Shown here: positions 25,991 through 39,489 of the stretch, piece after piece
Layout of the letters: every line of letters starts with the position of its first letter
How positions within the stretch are numbered: the first letter of the stretch is position 1
Source of the DNA: Vicugna vicugna
Lineage: Eukaryota
Direction: 5' to 3'
Assembly: GCA_013265495.1 (NCBI GenBank)
Contig: MU058584.1
Span: 2,918,508 to 2,982,507 of the forward strand
DNA length: 64,000 nucleotides
The notes under the pieces: generated by a model
Database searches by the model: none
What the model was told of the DNA's origin: nothing
What the model saw: only the letters and a program-made list of their open reading frames with translations
Position numbers and translations under genes: made by a program

Positions 25991-27784
25991 TCAATGAACG
26001 ATAGCTCTTATTAACAAGAACAATAATAATCAGACATGGATTATGCCTTCAAGAGCTAAAAGTCTGTCTAGTAGGAGAGAAAAGATGCACCCCTTTTCTG
26101 GCAAATAACCACCAAGCAAGGTAGAATGTGATAGATGCAGTGAGAATGATCCTAGGAGGTGCTATCGGTGAGCTGGGAGTGGGGAAACTCACATGTCCTC
26201 TGAGCTACGAGGACGAGGTGGCTGGGGAAGGAGTCCTGGGAAGAGAATCATTTACACTAGACCTTGAAGGACAGGAAGGACTTGATCACGCAAAAACTGG
26301 AGAAAGGGATATTTGCAAAAAAGAGCATCGATGTAACAAAGCCAGCTAAAGAGCACGGGGAGGTGTCTTCGAGGAATAACAGGTAGTTTAATTTGAGTGG
26401 AACGAAGGGTGGGTGACTGTGAGCACTAAGAAATAAGGTGGGAAAGGCGGGAGGAGGCGGATGCTGAGGGCCCTGAGTACCAGGCCAGGTGCTCAGGGGA
26501 GTCAGAAGAGGGTGCTGAGCCGGAGCGTGCCTGGGAAGAGCCCAGCTCGCCAAAGGGAGTTCTGGCAGGAGTGTGTGGAAATGGTCCGCAGCTGGGAAAC
26601 TGGGAACGGGTGGAGACAGACCTGTGAGGAGGCGAGGAGAGCTCCCACCTTGGCGGTGACAGGCAGTGAAGGGGGGAGAGAGAATGCAGCGGCAGAAAAA
26701 CCCTCCCCAAGGAGACACCCACATCCCTCACTTAAAAGCAGCCTAACAATGCTTTAAAATCACTGCCTAATTGCTCCTTTCAAGGTAATGCTCCAAAATG
26801 GGGAAATAGGTGTTTAATGTTTAGTCTCATCTCTGCCACCCAAGCCCCAATTTGAAAGCCTAATTTTTTCTTAAAAATAGAATAAGAAAACCACATCCCC
26901 CACCAGGCACCCCTCGGCAGACTCCAGATTCTCAAAATTCCACGTTTTCCTTTCTCAGACACAGCTTTCTTGGTATCGTCCCGCGTGGACTCCAGGCAGC
27001 TTGGGCAGGTGACCTGAGCCCTGTCTTGCTAGAATTCCTGAAGACTGCAGGAGCCTCCCCTGCTTCTCACCAGTCCCACTCTTGGGCCTCCTGGGCAAAG
27101 CCCCAGAGGTCCTCGAACCCCGGCAGACTAGAGAGAGGCCTTGAGGTATAATTGTGGTCCTGCCCCTTGACAGCAACCTGCGGTGAAGGCCCAGGGCCCC
27201 ATCCCTTTCCCTAGACTGGAGAGCCCTCCCGTGGACCAGGGTCGCCCTGCGGGCCACTGCCCCACACTTATTCTCGAGAAAGGCTGCTTCCTCTCCTTTT
27301 CTCTGTCATCTTTGCAAACAGAGGACGTGGCAGCCCCCAGGCTGGCTTCCCTTCCCATGTCTACACCCTCCTCCAAAGACAGAGTCCTCAACAGCATCAC
27401 AGACTTCAGGCCATCTTCCTCAGAGTAATATACGACTTCATTGTAGGTACACCGACACAGAGTCGGGGTGCAGGGAAGAGCGTCCAGCTTGGAGAGGACT
27501 TAGCGCTCAGCCTGGACAGCTCTCTCCAGCCTCCAAACCCATCTGCCCCGCTCCCCATCAGCTCACTTCTGCAGTCCTTACCCCCAGTCCTCCTGCTTCA
27601 GGCTCCAGTCCAAACCTGACCTCCCTCTCTTCCTTGGTCACCGAGGACATCACTGCCTTCACATACCCTGGAGTTCCTGCCCTGAAGTCTAGCAGAAGCT
27701 TCTAACTCCCTTCTGTGTCTCCCACTCCTGCAAAACAAGCCCAGATACCTCGGTCTGGGTTTTCTCTGTCTCCTGTCCCCCGCC

Positions 27785-27935
27785 TAGACCCTGCATGTTA
27801 TCCAGAACCTGCTGAGATACAGATTCCGGTTCAGGAGGCCTTGGGGTGGTGCCTGAGTTTCTATAATTTTAACGGGGTCCAAGTGCTGCCAATGCTTCCC
27901 GTCCACAGACCACACGTTGAATAGCGAGGGTCTAG
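27785..27935. mobile_element. MER5-like hAT MITE just upstream of LRRC52 exon 2
   Basis: ggggtggtgcctgagtttctataattttaac...cagaccacacgttgaatagc; similar relics at ~32465-32625, ~41520-41870 and ~43570-43740. Confidence 0.65.
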
Positions 27936-28019
27936 ACGGCCTCTCCAGGTCACCACTGGCCTCCGGACCCTGGGAGTTCTGCTGTTTCAGCCCTCTGCCT
28001 GCTGTGTGTTTCCTCACAG

Positions 28020-28345
28020 ATGACCAAAACGCCACGTGCGTGGAGCCCACAGAGCTGGCAGGGTGGCCCATCGCGCAGGTGGGGAACCCGCTCCGGTACA
28101 TGTGCATCACGCACCTGGACCAGCAAGACTACGTCTTCGTGCTGCTCATCGGCTTCTGCATCTTCGCGGCGGGCACCGTGGCCGCCTGGCTGACGGGCGT
28201 GTGCGCTGTGCTCTACCAGAACGCCCACCGCAGGTCGAGCGAGGACGAGAGTGAGGACGAGCACGGGCAGAGGGTGGAAGACAGCAGGAGGATTTTCCAA
28301 AGAGGGATGGAATCAGGCCACGACGGGTACCCTCCGCTGATTTAG
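28020..28345 (+). CDS. LRRC52: LRRC52 coding exon 2: end of LRRCT, single TM helix, acidic cytoplasmic tail
   Basis: Acceptor tttcctcacAG|AT completes GAT (Asp) with exon 1. Translation DDQNATCVEPTELAGWPI...DYVFVLLIGFCIFAAGTVAAWLTGVCAVLY...YPPLI*. Spliced CDS is 948 nt = 315 aa + stop. Confidence 0.97.
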
Positions 28346-28457
28346 TGGCCAGGGGTTGCTGTCTGATAGAGCTTTCCCAGGGTCCCTGTCTTCTGTCTTG
28401 CCCTCCCCTTCCCACTCCTCGGAGCTGCCTTACAGACGGAAGCCTACTAGTAAAATG

Positions 28458-28463
28458 AATAAA
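28458..28463 (+). terminator. Probable LRRC52 polyadenylation signal
   Basis: First AATAAA ~110 nt after the stop codon, followed by T/GT-rich sequence. Confidence 0.7.
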
Positions 28464-30989
28464 ATGTTTTGTGGCCATTTCGCAGGTTGATCCTTTCCAG
28501 TTCAACGAGCCCAAGGACGATGCCTTGAGCTCAGAAAGGTGGCATAGAACAAGCCTAGAGAAGCTGTTGGGTGCTTCTAAGTGCTGAGGAAGGCCACCCC
28601 AAAAGCAGGCCAACTTGGGTTTGATGAGGACCAACTGTACCCCTAAAATAAGTGCTGGAGGGAGGGACAAGAGAAATACATGATGTGAGATCTGTCCTCA
28701 AAGAGCAACAATTCGGGCAGAGGTTGAGGATGGGAGTCAAGGTTAAGATGATCAAATGGAGAAAAACACAAGACACAATGACCAGAGCAGCCATGAATGG
28801 TCTGTGTCTACCAGCTAGCTTCACACTTCACCCTCACCATGATCACATCAATCCTCGTTTATAGTGACACTAGTTTACAGGGAAAACATTGAGGCCTGGG
28901 CAGGTTAAACAACTGACCGAGGTCACCCAAATGGTCAGTAGCCCAGCCTCCCAATGTCCACATTTTTCCCTTTAAACGAAGCTGGCTTTCCAAGAAATGT
29001 GTAGCCACTTAACCAAATGTCAGCCTTGGACAAAATGAAGGAGGGGGGCACACAGAGGTGGTCACAGTTCACTGAGACCTGACCAAGTGCCCAGCATCTT
29101 ACCAAGCTTCACACACATCTTCTCCCAAGGGTTAGTCCTCACAACAGTCAGGTCAGGTGGTCATCGTTACCTCATTTCTCTGACGCTCAGAGAGGCTAAG
29201 TAACCAGCTCAAGATCACACAGATGATGAGAAGCAGAACAAGCGCTGAGCCCCGGGCTGCCTGACCCCAAAGCGCATGCTCTGTGCACTGTGACCTCCTT
29301 TCTCGGATGAAGCTCTAAGCAGAATAGCCACGTATACACTCACGTGGTCCTGCTCTCTGGGCTGCTTAGAAGAAGGGAGAGAGAGCAGAAGGCAGGGGTG
29401 GCTCAGCCCAAAGACCCATTCCAGGTTTTCCCTTTCTCTCCCCCAGATCAAGTCATGCTCAAGTTCTAGGCTCAGATCAAAGCCCCACCCGTGAAACCCC
29501 CAACCAGACCTGTCTTTATCTCTGTACTTCCGCTGTGAATTGCATGGGATTCCCCCAAATTTGTTTGGTGTGATGGTCAAGAGCATGAGCCCTCAAGTAG
29601 GGGTACTATGCTCGGTTAGGTCCTTACCCCTGTGGGAACTTGGGCTTCCTACTTGTCATGACCTCGAGGACAGAGACTGCCTGTCATTCTCTATGGACAC
29701 AGTGCATAGGATGGTGCCTTATACAAAGCAGGGGCTCAATAAGTATTTATCATTGCATTCTATTTAAATCTCAGCCCACCATCATTCCTACTGTGTTGTC
29801 CTGATTATGACGGGTGACCACAGGCAAGTTATTTAACTTCTCTATGCCTCAGTTGCTTCAACTCTAAGTGGCCCTCATTATAAAGCATACATCATATAGG
29901 GATATTGTGAGAATAAAGTGAATGTCAGTGATAATAAGATATCCTGGAATAATTTTAGACTTACAGAAAAGTTACAAAAGAGTACAGACAGTTCCCATAT
30001 ACCCTTCACCTGGTTTTCCCCAAAGTTCTCTCACATTACAGTTGTCTCCCAGGACATCTGTCAAAACTAAGAAACGGACATTGTCATGCTACCATTAACT
30101 AAACTTTATCTGGATTTTGCCAGTTATTGCCCACTGTCCTTTTTCTGTCCCAAGATTCAATCCAGGATACCACATTTGCACTTAGGATATTCTTAAAAAT
30201 AACATTTATTGGGCATTTCTATATGTCAAGCATTGATCTAAGTGTTTCTCTATATATCAACTCATTTAATTGTCAAAATAACCTTGTGAGGTGGATATTT
30301 CCATTAGATAAGGACACTGGGGCTTAAGTAACTAGCTCAACATGACACAGTAAGACCAACCAGAAGTCAAACCAGCTCTGTATGACTACAGGCTGTTTCC
30401 CCAAACCACTGATCAATACTATCTCTCAGGAATTTAAACTACCAAGAAAGTCTTGGCAAAAGAAGTCTGAATTGCAGCTTTGCACAATAGCTTCTCCCCT
30501 AAGATGCCCTGAATATTTCCACACACATGGAAGAAAAATGGATTCAGCATCTACTCTGGCCCTGAGGGGACTACAGTGAATGAGCAGATTCAAGGTGCTT
30601 AAGGAGTTTACAGTCTAGTCTGGTGGAGACGCAAGGAAACGGGTGATTTCAGGACAGAGAGGTAAGGGAAGGGCAGGCACAGGGTGTGAAAGGACACGGG
30701 GTGGGGGGGTATGTCAGTAGGTGGTAGGGAGTCTTGAGGGTCTTCCCTGAAAAAGAGACATCTAAGCTGAGACTTGAAGGTTGAGGGGATTAGCCAGGCA
30801 GATTGGCAAAGAGTGTATGTGGGCGAAGGAGACACTCTACGTAACAGGAACTGTACATGCAAACACTGGGAAGTGGAAAAGAGCCATCATTAATAGCCAG
30901 AAAACAGAGTCAAAGGGGAGGAAGAGAGGAGAGGCCATGGGAGAGAGAGAAACAAGGCAAGACGCTGAAGGGCCTTACACGTACCTTTT

Positions 30990-31320
30990 GTTACTCAGAG
31001 TTAGGACAGGTTCTGCTGCAGTAACAGATAAACCCCAGAGTTCCAGCAGCTTAGCACAATGAGGACTCACTTCTCACTCGCGTAGAGGTCGAGGTGGGAA
31101 GGGCAGCCCTCCTCCTTCCTTAGCTCCAGCAGCTAGAGCATGGGCCTCAGGTCCACTGCCGAAGAGAGAAGAGATGCAGTGGGCATGGAGCTCTTAACTG
31201 CCCAGACCTGGAAATGACACATGTCGCTTCCATTCACATTTTGCATGACCCCAACCTTAGGGCAAGCAACTGCAGTCTGTGTGCCAGGAAGACAAAACGC
31301 TACGACTGATGAAGTATGTG
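30990..31320 (-). mobile_element. Old MaLR MLT1-type LTR fragment
   Basis: ctgctgcagtaacagataaacccc...gcttagcacaa...ctcacttctcactc motif. Confidence 0.6.
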
Positions 31321-33039
31321 GTCTAGCGCACCATGGTCAGGAATGTGAACTGTCCTCTGCGGACCCCAAGGTACACTCGAGAATCTTAAGCATGAGAATC
31401 ACGTGGTCTAATTTGTGCTTCAGAAGGCTCTCTCTGAGGTGAAGAACAGAGCGAGGGAGGTAAGATGGCAAACGAGAAAACCAGCACATTGTAGCATTCC
31501 CAGGGAGGCATGAGGGTGACAGCGCAAAGGCAGCAGCACTGGGATCCGAGAAGAGGAATGAATTGCCATTATGTCAGAGGTCGAGTTGACGGGATTGCAC
31601 GAGTGACTGGAGACGGGAGGTGAGGAAAGAATGGGTTGGGGGGTGGGATTAGGAGAAAGAGGAAGGAGTTAAAGAAGATGCCCAGATTTCTGACCTGGAC
31701 AGCCAGGTGGCTGGTAGAGAGAACCATCGTAGTGTGCTGGATGTAAAAGCTGGCCAAGCCGTAAATCCTGAGGGCTAGAACAGGGCGTGCGTGGAAGTCA
31801 CGGAGGGGAGGACAAGGGTTAGATCCTCACTCTCTTCAGTGGAAAGTCAATAAACAGTGCCTAAAACTGAAAAATCAAATAGAAGCCATACAAGCATTTT
31901 CTCTTCAGATACCCAAAAAATCAGCCAAAGGAATTTCAAGTGTCTGCTTCTGGGGAAGGGAAAACATGGGGGGAAAGAATGGAAGATTGTTTTCATAACA
32001 AATTTTGGAGAACTATGACTCTTTAAATAAACTATGTGCTTCCATATTTGATTTTCTTAAATGGTTGGGTTTTTTGTTTAAAAAAAAAAAAGACTGGCTG
32101 GTCTAGGGTGATGCCATCTTCAAGAAATGTCTCTAACCACCTTATTTATACAGGACGGGTAGCCACGTGATTTCAAAGGGCAAAGCGCCAGCAAAGGAAA
32201 TGCTCTTCCCCCTGCCAGATTTCTCCATTTACCCTGTGCCTCTGAGCTTAATTCCCAGAAAAACCAGAGAGGATTTCCTAGGGGAGCCCATGTTTGGCTT
32301 AAATCTTGAAAAGTCATAGGATTTCAGAGAGGAAGGAGCACTTCAGATGGATGGTGAGGGTGACAGCAAGGAGATATGACAAGAGAGATGTGTTCAGGGA
32401 ATGACTAGTTCTGTTCAGCAGCCTGGAGGACAAACTGAAGTGACTCCAGGATGGAGACAGACGATCAACCAGGTAGTTAAGGAAACCGGTGCTGTGTTTC
32501 ACAAAATCAGGCCCATGGACTGCCCATATCAGTGCTTCTAAATCCTCCGGAGGGGCAGGCAGCAATCTGCATTCTGATGTGTTCTCTCGGTGACTCCTAT
32601 ACACACTGAAATTTGAGATACACTGGTCAAGTGCAAGGAGATAAAGTTCTGACCTTGTGATGGTGTGAATGGGAAGGAGGAAATGGTCACTGGGCCTAGG
32701 ACCTCAGAGACAGCAAGGGCCTCTTGGATCCAGATCTGGTCTCGGCCGTCAGATCAGGGTAAGCGGTCCTACTGCCTGCAAAGAAATGCAAATGCTGGGG
32801 GACCAGCAACCCCCAGCTCCTGCCCACCATCCCCTGTCATTTCTGGCCTCACTAAAAGGACCCAACATCACATGATATGGGGGGAGAAGTGCTAACTTCT
32901 AGTCTCAGCTTTCCCACTACATGTGTGATCTTAAAAGGCACTTCACTGCTTGGGTCTCAGTTTCCCCAAATGTAACATGAGGTGCTTAGACTAGATTACC
33001 TCAAAGGCCACCTCAAATCCAACCTTCTGAGAACAACGA

Positions 33040-33650
33040 TGGATAATATCCAGAACGTACAAGGAACCCCTGCAAACCAAGAAGAAAAATAGAAGAACCC
33101 CCAGCAAAAATATTGGCCGAGAATATGAATGGGCAATTTATACAGAGGAGAGACCCCCCGAAACTAACTAGCATGTAGAGAGGTGCTCGTTAGTAATCAG
33201 AGAAATGCAAATTAAAACGACAGATGTTACTCTAGACTTAGATTGGCAACAGCTTGGAAGCGGGGTCATGCACATGTTGGCAGGGATGTGGGGCTGTGGG
33301 ACCCCTCGTGCATTGCCGAAGGAAGCAGAGATGGGTACGGCCAGTCTGGAGAGCAATCTGGCACCACTTCGGTCAAATTGAGTGTGTGCCCACCCCACCA
33401 CCAGCAAGTCCCCTCACTCCTGGGTAGATCTTGCACAGGAGTGATCACACAGCCTGTCGTGGAACACAACATGAAGACGTCCACTGCATCATCATGTGTG
33501 GTGGCAGAGAGAGAGGGGAGTGACCTAGGTAAAGTGGATGGAGTGTTACAGAACAGTCACCAGCAACTAACTCGATGTACATATAGCAACGTGGGTGGAT
33601 CTAAAACACAACGCTGCATGAACAAAGGGAGAAACACGATGAGAACCCTC
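33040..33650 (+). mobile_element. Old L1 (L1M) fragment
   Basis: ttagtaatcagagaaatgcaaattaaaac and ctggagagcaatctggca motifs. Confidence 0.7.
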
Positions 33651-33937
33651 TGTGACTCTCAGAATCCTCAAAGCCCACAGTGAAAGCTGAAGTCCTTACA
33701 ACGTTCTACAAAGTCCCCCGTGGTCTGGTCCCCCCGCCACCGTCACTCCCTCTACTGCGCCGACATCACCTTCTCTCACTGTCGCCACCTCTCACTCCGC
33801 CCCAGCCTCGGTGGCTGCCCTGCTGTTAACACACACCAGGCACTGGGGCTGCAGCAGAGCCTTCGTCCTGGCTGTTCCCTCTGCCTGGAACTACAAACCC
33901 TCAGAATCCCCTACACACACACACACACACAAACACA

Positions 33938-33971
<34 letters not shown>

Positions 33972-35371
33972 TCCCCTTACTAACCTGCTCCATTTTTACC
34001 TTAGACAATAACAAAACGTAGTAATAAGTAAATTGTATAGTCATCTGAAAGGTAATAAGTACTCTCTCCCCACCCCCACCTTCACCATGAGAATGTGGGC
34101 TCCGGGAGGGCAGGAATTTGGGGCTGTTTTGTCCCCGGATGCCTCTCAAGGCCTAGAACAAAGCCTCTTATAAAGGGGACACTGATAAATTTTTGCTGAC
34201 TAGATGAGTGATTGCAACGCCGTATCACTTACGTACATTTTTTGAATTCACTTTTAAACACTATAAATGAATGACATTAAATGAATGGTGAGTGGAAATG
34301 AGGGTAAAGGGTAGTAGGTAAAAAAAAAAAAAGAGGTGCCTAGCCCAAAAAACTGATGACATGGTGCCATTTATTGAGGGGTGTGAGTAATTTAATGTTG
34401 TGTGCCTGCGATTAACAAGGGAGGTGACAGGAGAGCGTCTACTCACCCCTAACCCCCTCCTACCCCTCCCCCCAGCCCATGTGTTGAAGTTCCTTTTCCT
34501 GCCAGAGCTTTGAGGAGCAAACAAGCAAAGCCCCGGCTGTGGGAAGAACCCTCTGCTTTGTCTACACGGCTGCTGTCTCTGAGACTTCAAGGTCTCACCA
34601 GCGCTGAGGACACCTCACAGGTAACAGCGTCCACAACTCCACCCAGCATCTCGCATTTCCCCAAACCCAGGGCCCTCCTGAGGAGGAGAGGTCTGGGCTC
34701 CACACAGAACAGCGCCCAATGTTGTTAGAGTGATTTGCCAGCTCACGAAGCCTTTCCTCAACTTTGAAAGAAATTGCTGTCCCATTGGATGGACAAGAAA
34801 ACCAAGGTTTAAAAAGGTCAGCAGTTGCCCTGTTTCACCCGACTAGTCCCTGGCAGAGCTGGCGTGTTCAGCCAGCAAGTCTTCCTGATGCCGTGCTCTG
34901 TGTTTTCTCTACCAACTTAGTCTCCCTCTCTGTACAGAGAAGACCCCACGTTAGGGAAATTAACAAAATAAAGTTTTCCCATTTGATTCGCCTGGTTCCA
35001 CTGTCAGCTCCTTTCTGTTGTTAACTGCTCTTCAGCTCTAGGATTCAAGCTCAAAACCTGTGGGTTTGACACAGGCTAACTAAAAGCTACTGCTAGGAAA
35101 TAGGGCCAAACAAATCATCTACTACTATTAAGACTTTAAAAGGATTAGCCATTCCTTGCAAGCAGCCAGATGGTGGACACTGCACACTGGCCCTAAGCTC
35201 TGGCAATAATAGTTCGGATACTTCTGAGGGGTAGGGGAGGAGCCACTGAGAATATGGGGCACTCTGAAGACAAAGCTAAATGCAATCAGGTTAGGAAAGG
35301 TCATGGCTGGTTGGCTTCTTAAGCAGGAGAATTATTTAGGCCAAGATAAACGTTTAAGAGCGATATAGTAT

Positions 35372-35860
35372 GTTTTGTAGATAAGTTCATTTGTACCTCC
35401 TTTTTTTTTTTTAGATTCCACATATGAGTGAAATCATATGGTATTATTCTTTCTCTTTTTGGCTTACTTAGAATGACGATCTCCAGGTCCATCCATGTTG
35501 CTGCAAATGGCATTATTTCATTCTTTTTTATGGCTGAGTAGTATTCCATTTCATAAATATACCACAACTTCTTTATCCGGCTGTCTGTTGATGGACATTT
35601 AGGCTGTTTCCATATCTTGGCTATTGTATATAATGCTGCTATGAACATTGGGGTACATGTGTCTATATATAAAATTGATAAACAAGAACTTTCTACTGTA
35701 TAACACAGGGAACTATATTCAACCTATAATGAAAAAGAGTATGAAAATGAATATATGTATGTGTATGTATGGCTGAACCATTATGCTGTACACCAGAAAT
35801 TGACACATTAGAAACTGACTATACTTCAATTAAAAAAATTTTTTAAAAAGTGAGAAATAA
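35372..35860. mobile_element. 5'-inverted L1 insertion (twin-priming type)
   Basis: 35372-~35663 is the L1 ORF2 C-terminus on the minus strand (MFIAALYTIAKIWKQPKCPSTD...). ~35664-35860 is the L1 3' UTR and A-tail on the plus strand. Degenerate TSD aagagcgatatagtat / aagaacaatactgtat. Confidence 0.8.
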
Positions 35861-36789
35861 AAGAACAATACTGTATTGACTTGGGGTCTACTTGGCTGCC
35901 ACACTATGGACTATTTAAGTGATTCTAGGCTCATTTCCAAAGAGCAAAGTGGATCAGAACTGGCTTAATCCTTTGATCTGGTCTCCTTCAGAAGCATCCC
36001 ATGGATTACAGTCTTTACCTTATTGAACTTGGCACCGTGCAGCACACGTGGCAGGAGCTCCATGAAGCTCCCTGAGTTGCAGCCTCACTGAGGCCCACTC
36101 TGCAACAAATTTTCACCAATGCCCTGCAGCCCTGCAAGTCTCCTGCTAAGAAGACACTTAGGGATTACCAGGTTCTAGTAAAGGTCTATTCGGGCACATC
36201 TTGTCTTAACCCTTCAACCCCACCCAGCGAACAACAAGTAAAAAGAAATTCACCATAATGATCAGCATTATCTACATTGTGAGATATTTCCTCATGAGCT
36301 GCATGAACCTTGAACATATTATCATCAGTCATTCTCATTTTCCCTCAAGTTAAAATGGAGATTAAACTCTGGTCATGGCTCTAAAACTTAAGAGATTCTT
36401 CATATAAAGTACCTAAACCCTGTAATAATAAACATAAAAATTTGCAGGTGGAAGAGATATCAGAGCTCCTGTCTGCAAACTTTATTTTTATTAATGAAGA
36501 AATTGAAGCCTAAAGAGATGAAATGACTAGTTTAAGGTCAGGTGTTAAGTAACGGGAGATGTTAAGTAACATTTGTCTCCGAGTCCTGTCTGAAAGGCTG
36601 GGTTCCTGCACGTGGAACGTAAGGTGCTTCATGCTCTCCCCGAATTTCCCATTTTCCTAAAGCCTACTTTGTGCCAAGGAGAGAACGAACAGGGGTTGAG
36701 TCCAAAAGAGTTCTACAAGCAGAGAATTTTGCTTTCTCTTTTGCACAGTTTTATTTAAGCTCAAAAGAATTTGAGAAAAAAAAACTATT

Positions 36790-37880
36790 GTTTGGAGAAT
36801 AAGACAGAACTCTGGCCCTCAGACCTCAAAGCCCAGGCAGAGGGTCACATAAGCAAACAATAATGTTACAAAATGCATCCTATGCACATAAAGATATGCA
36901 CAGACTTTTTTTAATCTCATAAAAGAGAAAACAACTCTAGGTCTGGAGAGGCTGGGGAGTGCTTCAACAAGGAAAAGACAGCTGAGCGGGGATTTCAAGG
37001 ATGGGGGTCAGGGTCAGAGCATTCCAAACAGAGGGAAGCATGTGCAAAGTCCCCGAGGTAGGTGAGGGCGTGACACATGCAAGGATTTGAAAGGGGAGAA
37101 CATTGTAGGTACAACATAGACAATCAGAAGTGTAATGCAAAATAAAATGGGAGAGACAGAAAAGGCCAGATTGTGCAGGACCCTGAGGGCCATGGGAAGG
37201 ATCTGGGGCTTTATCCTAAAAACTATAGAAAGTCATTAAAGAGTTTTAAGCCAAAGGGGAATATGGCTAAGTTTGAATTTTTGTTTTAATGGCTCTGGTT
37301 GTAGTTGTAAGTGCAGAAAACAAATTACAAGGGGAATGAAAGAATACAGCAGGGAGGCAGCTGGGGACACTGCAAGAGTCAGGGTGATAGAGGATAACAG
37401 TTGGAGGTGGGGAGTGTGAGGGAAGGAGAGAAGGGGCTGATTAGAGAGGCCCTTAGGAGGTAAAGGCAATGGAACCGGCAAATGGACTGGATCAGCGAGT
37501 GAGGGAGAAGGAGAAGCAAGGATGAAGTCTAGAGTTCAATGTGTACAACTGGCTGGATGGTCTGGTCCTAGAGGATACACTTAGAGTGACAGGGTTGTAT
37601 TTTGTTGCAGTGAGATCTGTATGTCATTGGGATAGGGATGTCACATGGGCAGCTGGCAGTATGGGTCTGGGACTGCAAAGTATCTGAGCCAGAAATGTGG
37701 AAAAAAGACTCCTCAGAGAGTAATCCGCTAAAGCCATGGTTATGTATGGGATCACCCAGAGAAAAGAGCATAGAAGGAGAAGAGAAAGGGACCTAGGAAA
37801 ACCGACATTTAAAAGAGTCAAGAGGGATGATCAGCAAGGGACTGAGAAAAATAAGAGGCAGGGAGAAAATCAGAAAATAT
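36790..37880. mobile_element. L2 LINE fragment
   Basis: Purine-rich L2 3'-region motifs (agcatgtgcaaagtccccgaggtagg, ggccagattgtgcaggaccctgagggccatgggaagga, gagttttaagc); similar blocks at ~21440-22640, ~26000-26620 and ~50480-52740. Confidence 0.7.
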
Positions 37881-38089
37881 TTTCTCAGACACTGACAAAT
37901 TGTCTGTCAGCAGCTCTGTTTTTAAAACAGAAAACCTGAAAAAGCAAACCACCACAGCCAAACGGAAAGATAAAAACAAAGTAGCCCAAATATGTCATGT
38001 ATGTAATGAATAATTCTTGGATTACCAAGAATTGCCTCTATCAAAATTCTTGCTTGTTAAGGTAGCTTGTTTGTTCTTTTATGAAGCTC

Positions 38090-38447
38090 ATATCATGCTT
38101 CCCTTTAGATAAAGTATACTTCTCCACCAACTGACTTGGGTGTATGACAATGGATGTGAGCCGACGTGACACACACCACACACTGTGTCCAAGCAGAAAC
38201 TTTAAATACGCTTGCGTCAATTGGCTCCAGCTCTTTTGAGTGTTTGCCCTCTGCCATGAGAAGCATGCCCTTCTCCAGCCATGATCCTGAAATTAAAGAC
38301 AGACCAAGCAGGTCCTAATCCAGCACAGCCCAACAGAGGTATAGTGAATTCAGTCCTCAAGTGACATGAGCAAGAAACAATGTATGTGACTTTTAACCAC
38401 TGAGCTTTGCAGGCTATTTGTTACTGCAGCAAAAGCTGACTAATATA
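38090..38447 (+). mobile_element. Old MaLR MLT1-type LTR fragment
   Basis: 3' end ttttaaccactgag...tttgttactgcagcaaaagctgactaatata. Confidence 0.65.
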
Positions 38448-38835
38448 CTTGCTCACTGTGAGATTACTTCAAAACTAAATCTAGTTTAAACTCCAGTAGA
38501 AAGAAGCAAAGTTACTCTTTATCTAGAACATATCATACCCCAGCACTAATAAGCTATTTGCAGACATTGTCTTGTTTTACTCCTCATGATAATTATTTGC
38601 ACCAAATTACGTGAGCAAACTGAGACTCAGATAAGTTAAATACATTTCTCAGGGTCACAAAACTAACAAATAGTGGAAATGACAAAAATTCATCTGACTG
38701 CAAAGCTTATGCACTCTCCATATTGCAAATCCTATTAAAGAATTTGCTAGAAATCAAACCTAGATCTCCGGCACGGTAAATGAGAAAAAACTGGTGAACC
38801 ATAAGAGCAGGCTCAACTCAAAACTACCCTCATAC

Positions 38836-39163
38836 ACGTGGGGAGTTTGCCGCTGCTGTTGCCCGAGTAACCCGCAGGAGGACGTTTGCGGCTCTGGATC
38901 TGAAATCTCGCATTGCCACAGCCTCTACCCTTCTCTCACCAAAGATATCACAGTTGAAAAAACAGAAGCTGTAAGGTGGAATTCAGTGCTCAAGTCGAGG
39001 CACGTTGAAAACTGGTATTAAAAGTTGCCTTTTATCTCAGTCCCTGTAGCCTTGTAAACCAGATGACTTTCTGTAATAGCTCACTATGATCGCCACTTAC
39101 GAATTCAGCTTGGTTTTTCCCATATAATCCTTGGTGATGAAAATCACATCTGCCTTCCTGAGT
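38836..39163 (-). pseudogene. Two adjacent in-phase open exons encoding a HEAT-like repeat
   Basis: 39163-39101 (donor GTAAGT) joined to 38968-38836 (donor GTATGA) gives LRKADVIFITKDYMGKTKLNSFCFFNCDIFGERRVEAVAMRDFRSRAANVLLRVTRATAAANSPR with no stop. Confidence 0.6.
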
Positions 39164-39489
39164 CTTGAGGAAGAATTAAGCCTTTAACATGTTAAGTAAG
39201 ATAAGCAAGATATATTAATCACTTACCAGTGTCCATTTTTCCACTGAAGAGTTATGCGCTCTGCCTGGAATTTATCTTTGCTTTGTAGACGCCCTGATGA
39301 GACTTGGTGGAGGTAGTGGGGGTGGTGAAGTGTGGTGGAAAAGCAGGAGCTTTGAAGTTAAGCAAGTCTGGGTTTAAATCTTGCTCTGCCTCTTACAAAC
39401 TCTGTGACCTTGGGAACTTGACTTTATCTCTCTGTATATCAAGTTTCCTTGGTGCAAAATGTGGGTGAAAATAGCTTATTCAATAAGCT

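Noticed and set aside
27950..28670. Long antisense and alternative-frame ORFs over LRRC52 exon 2
   Set aside because: Explained by high GC content depleting stop codons.
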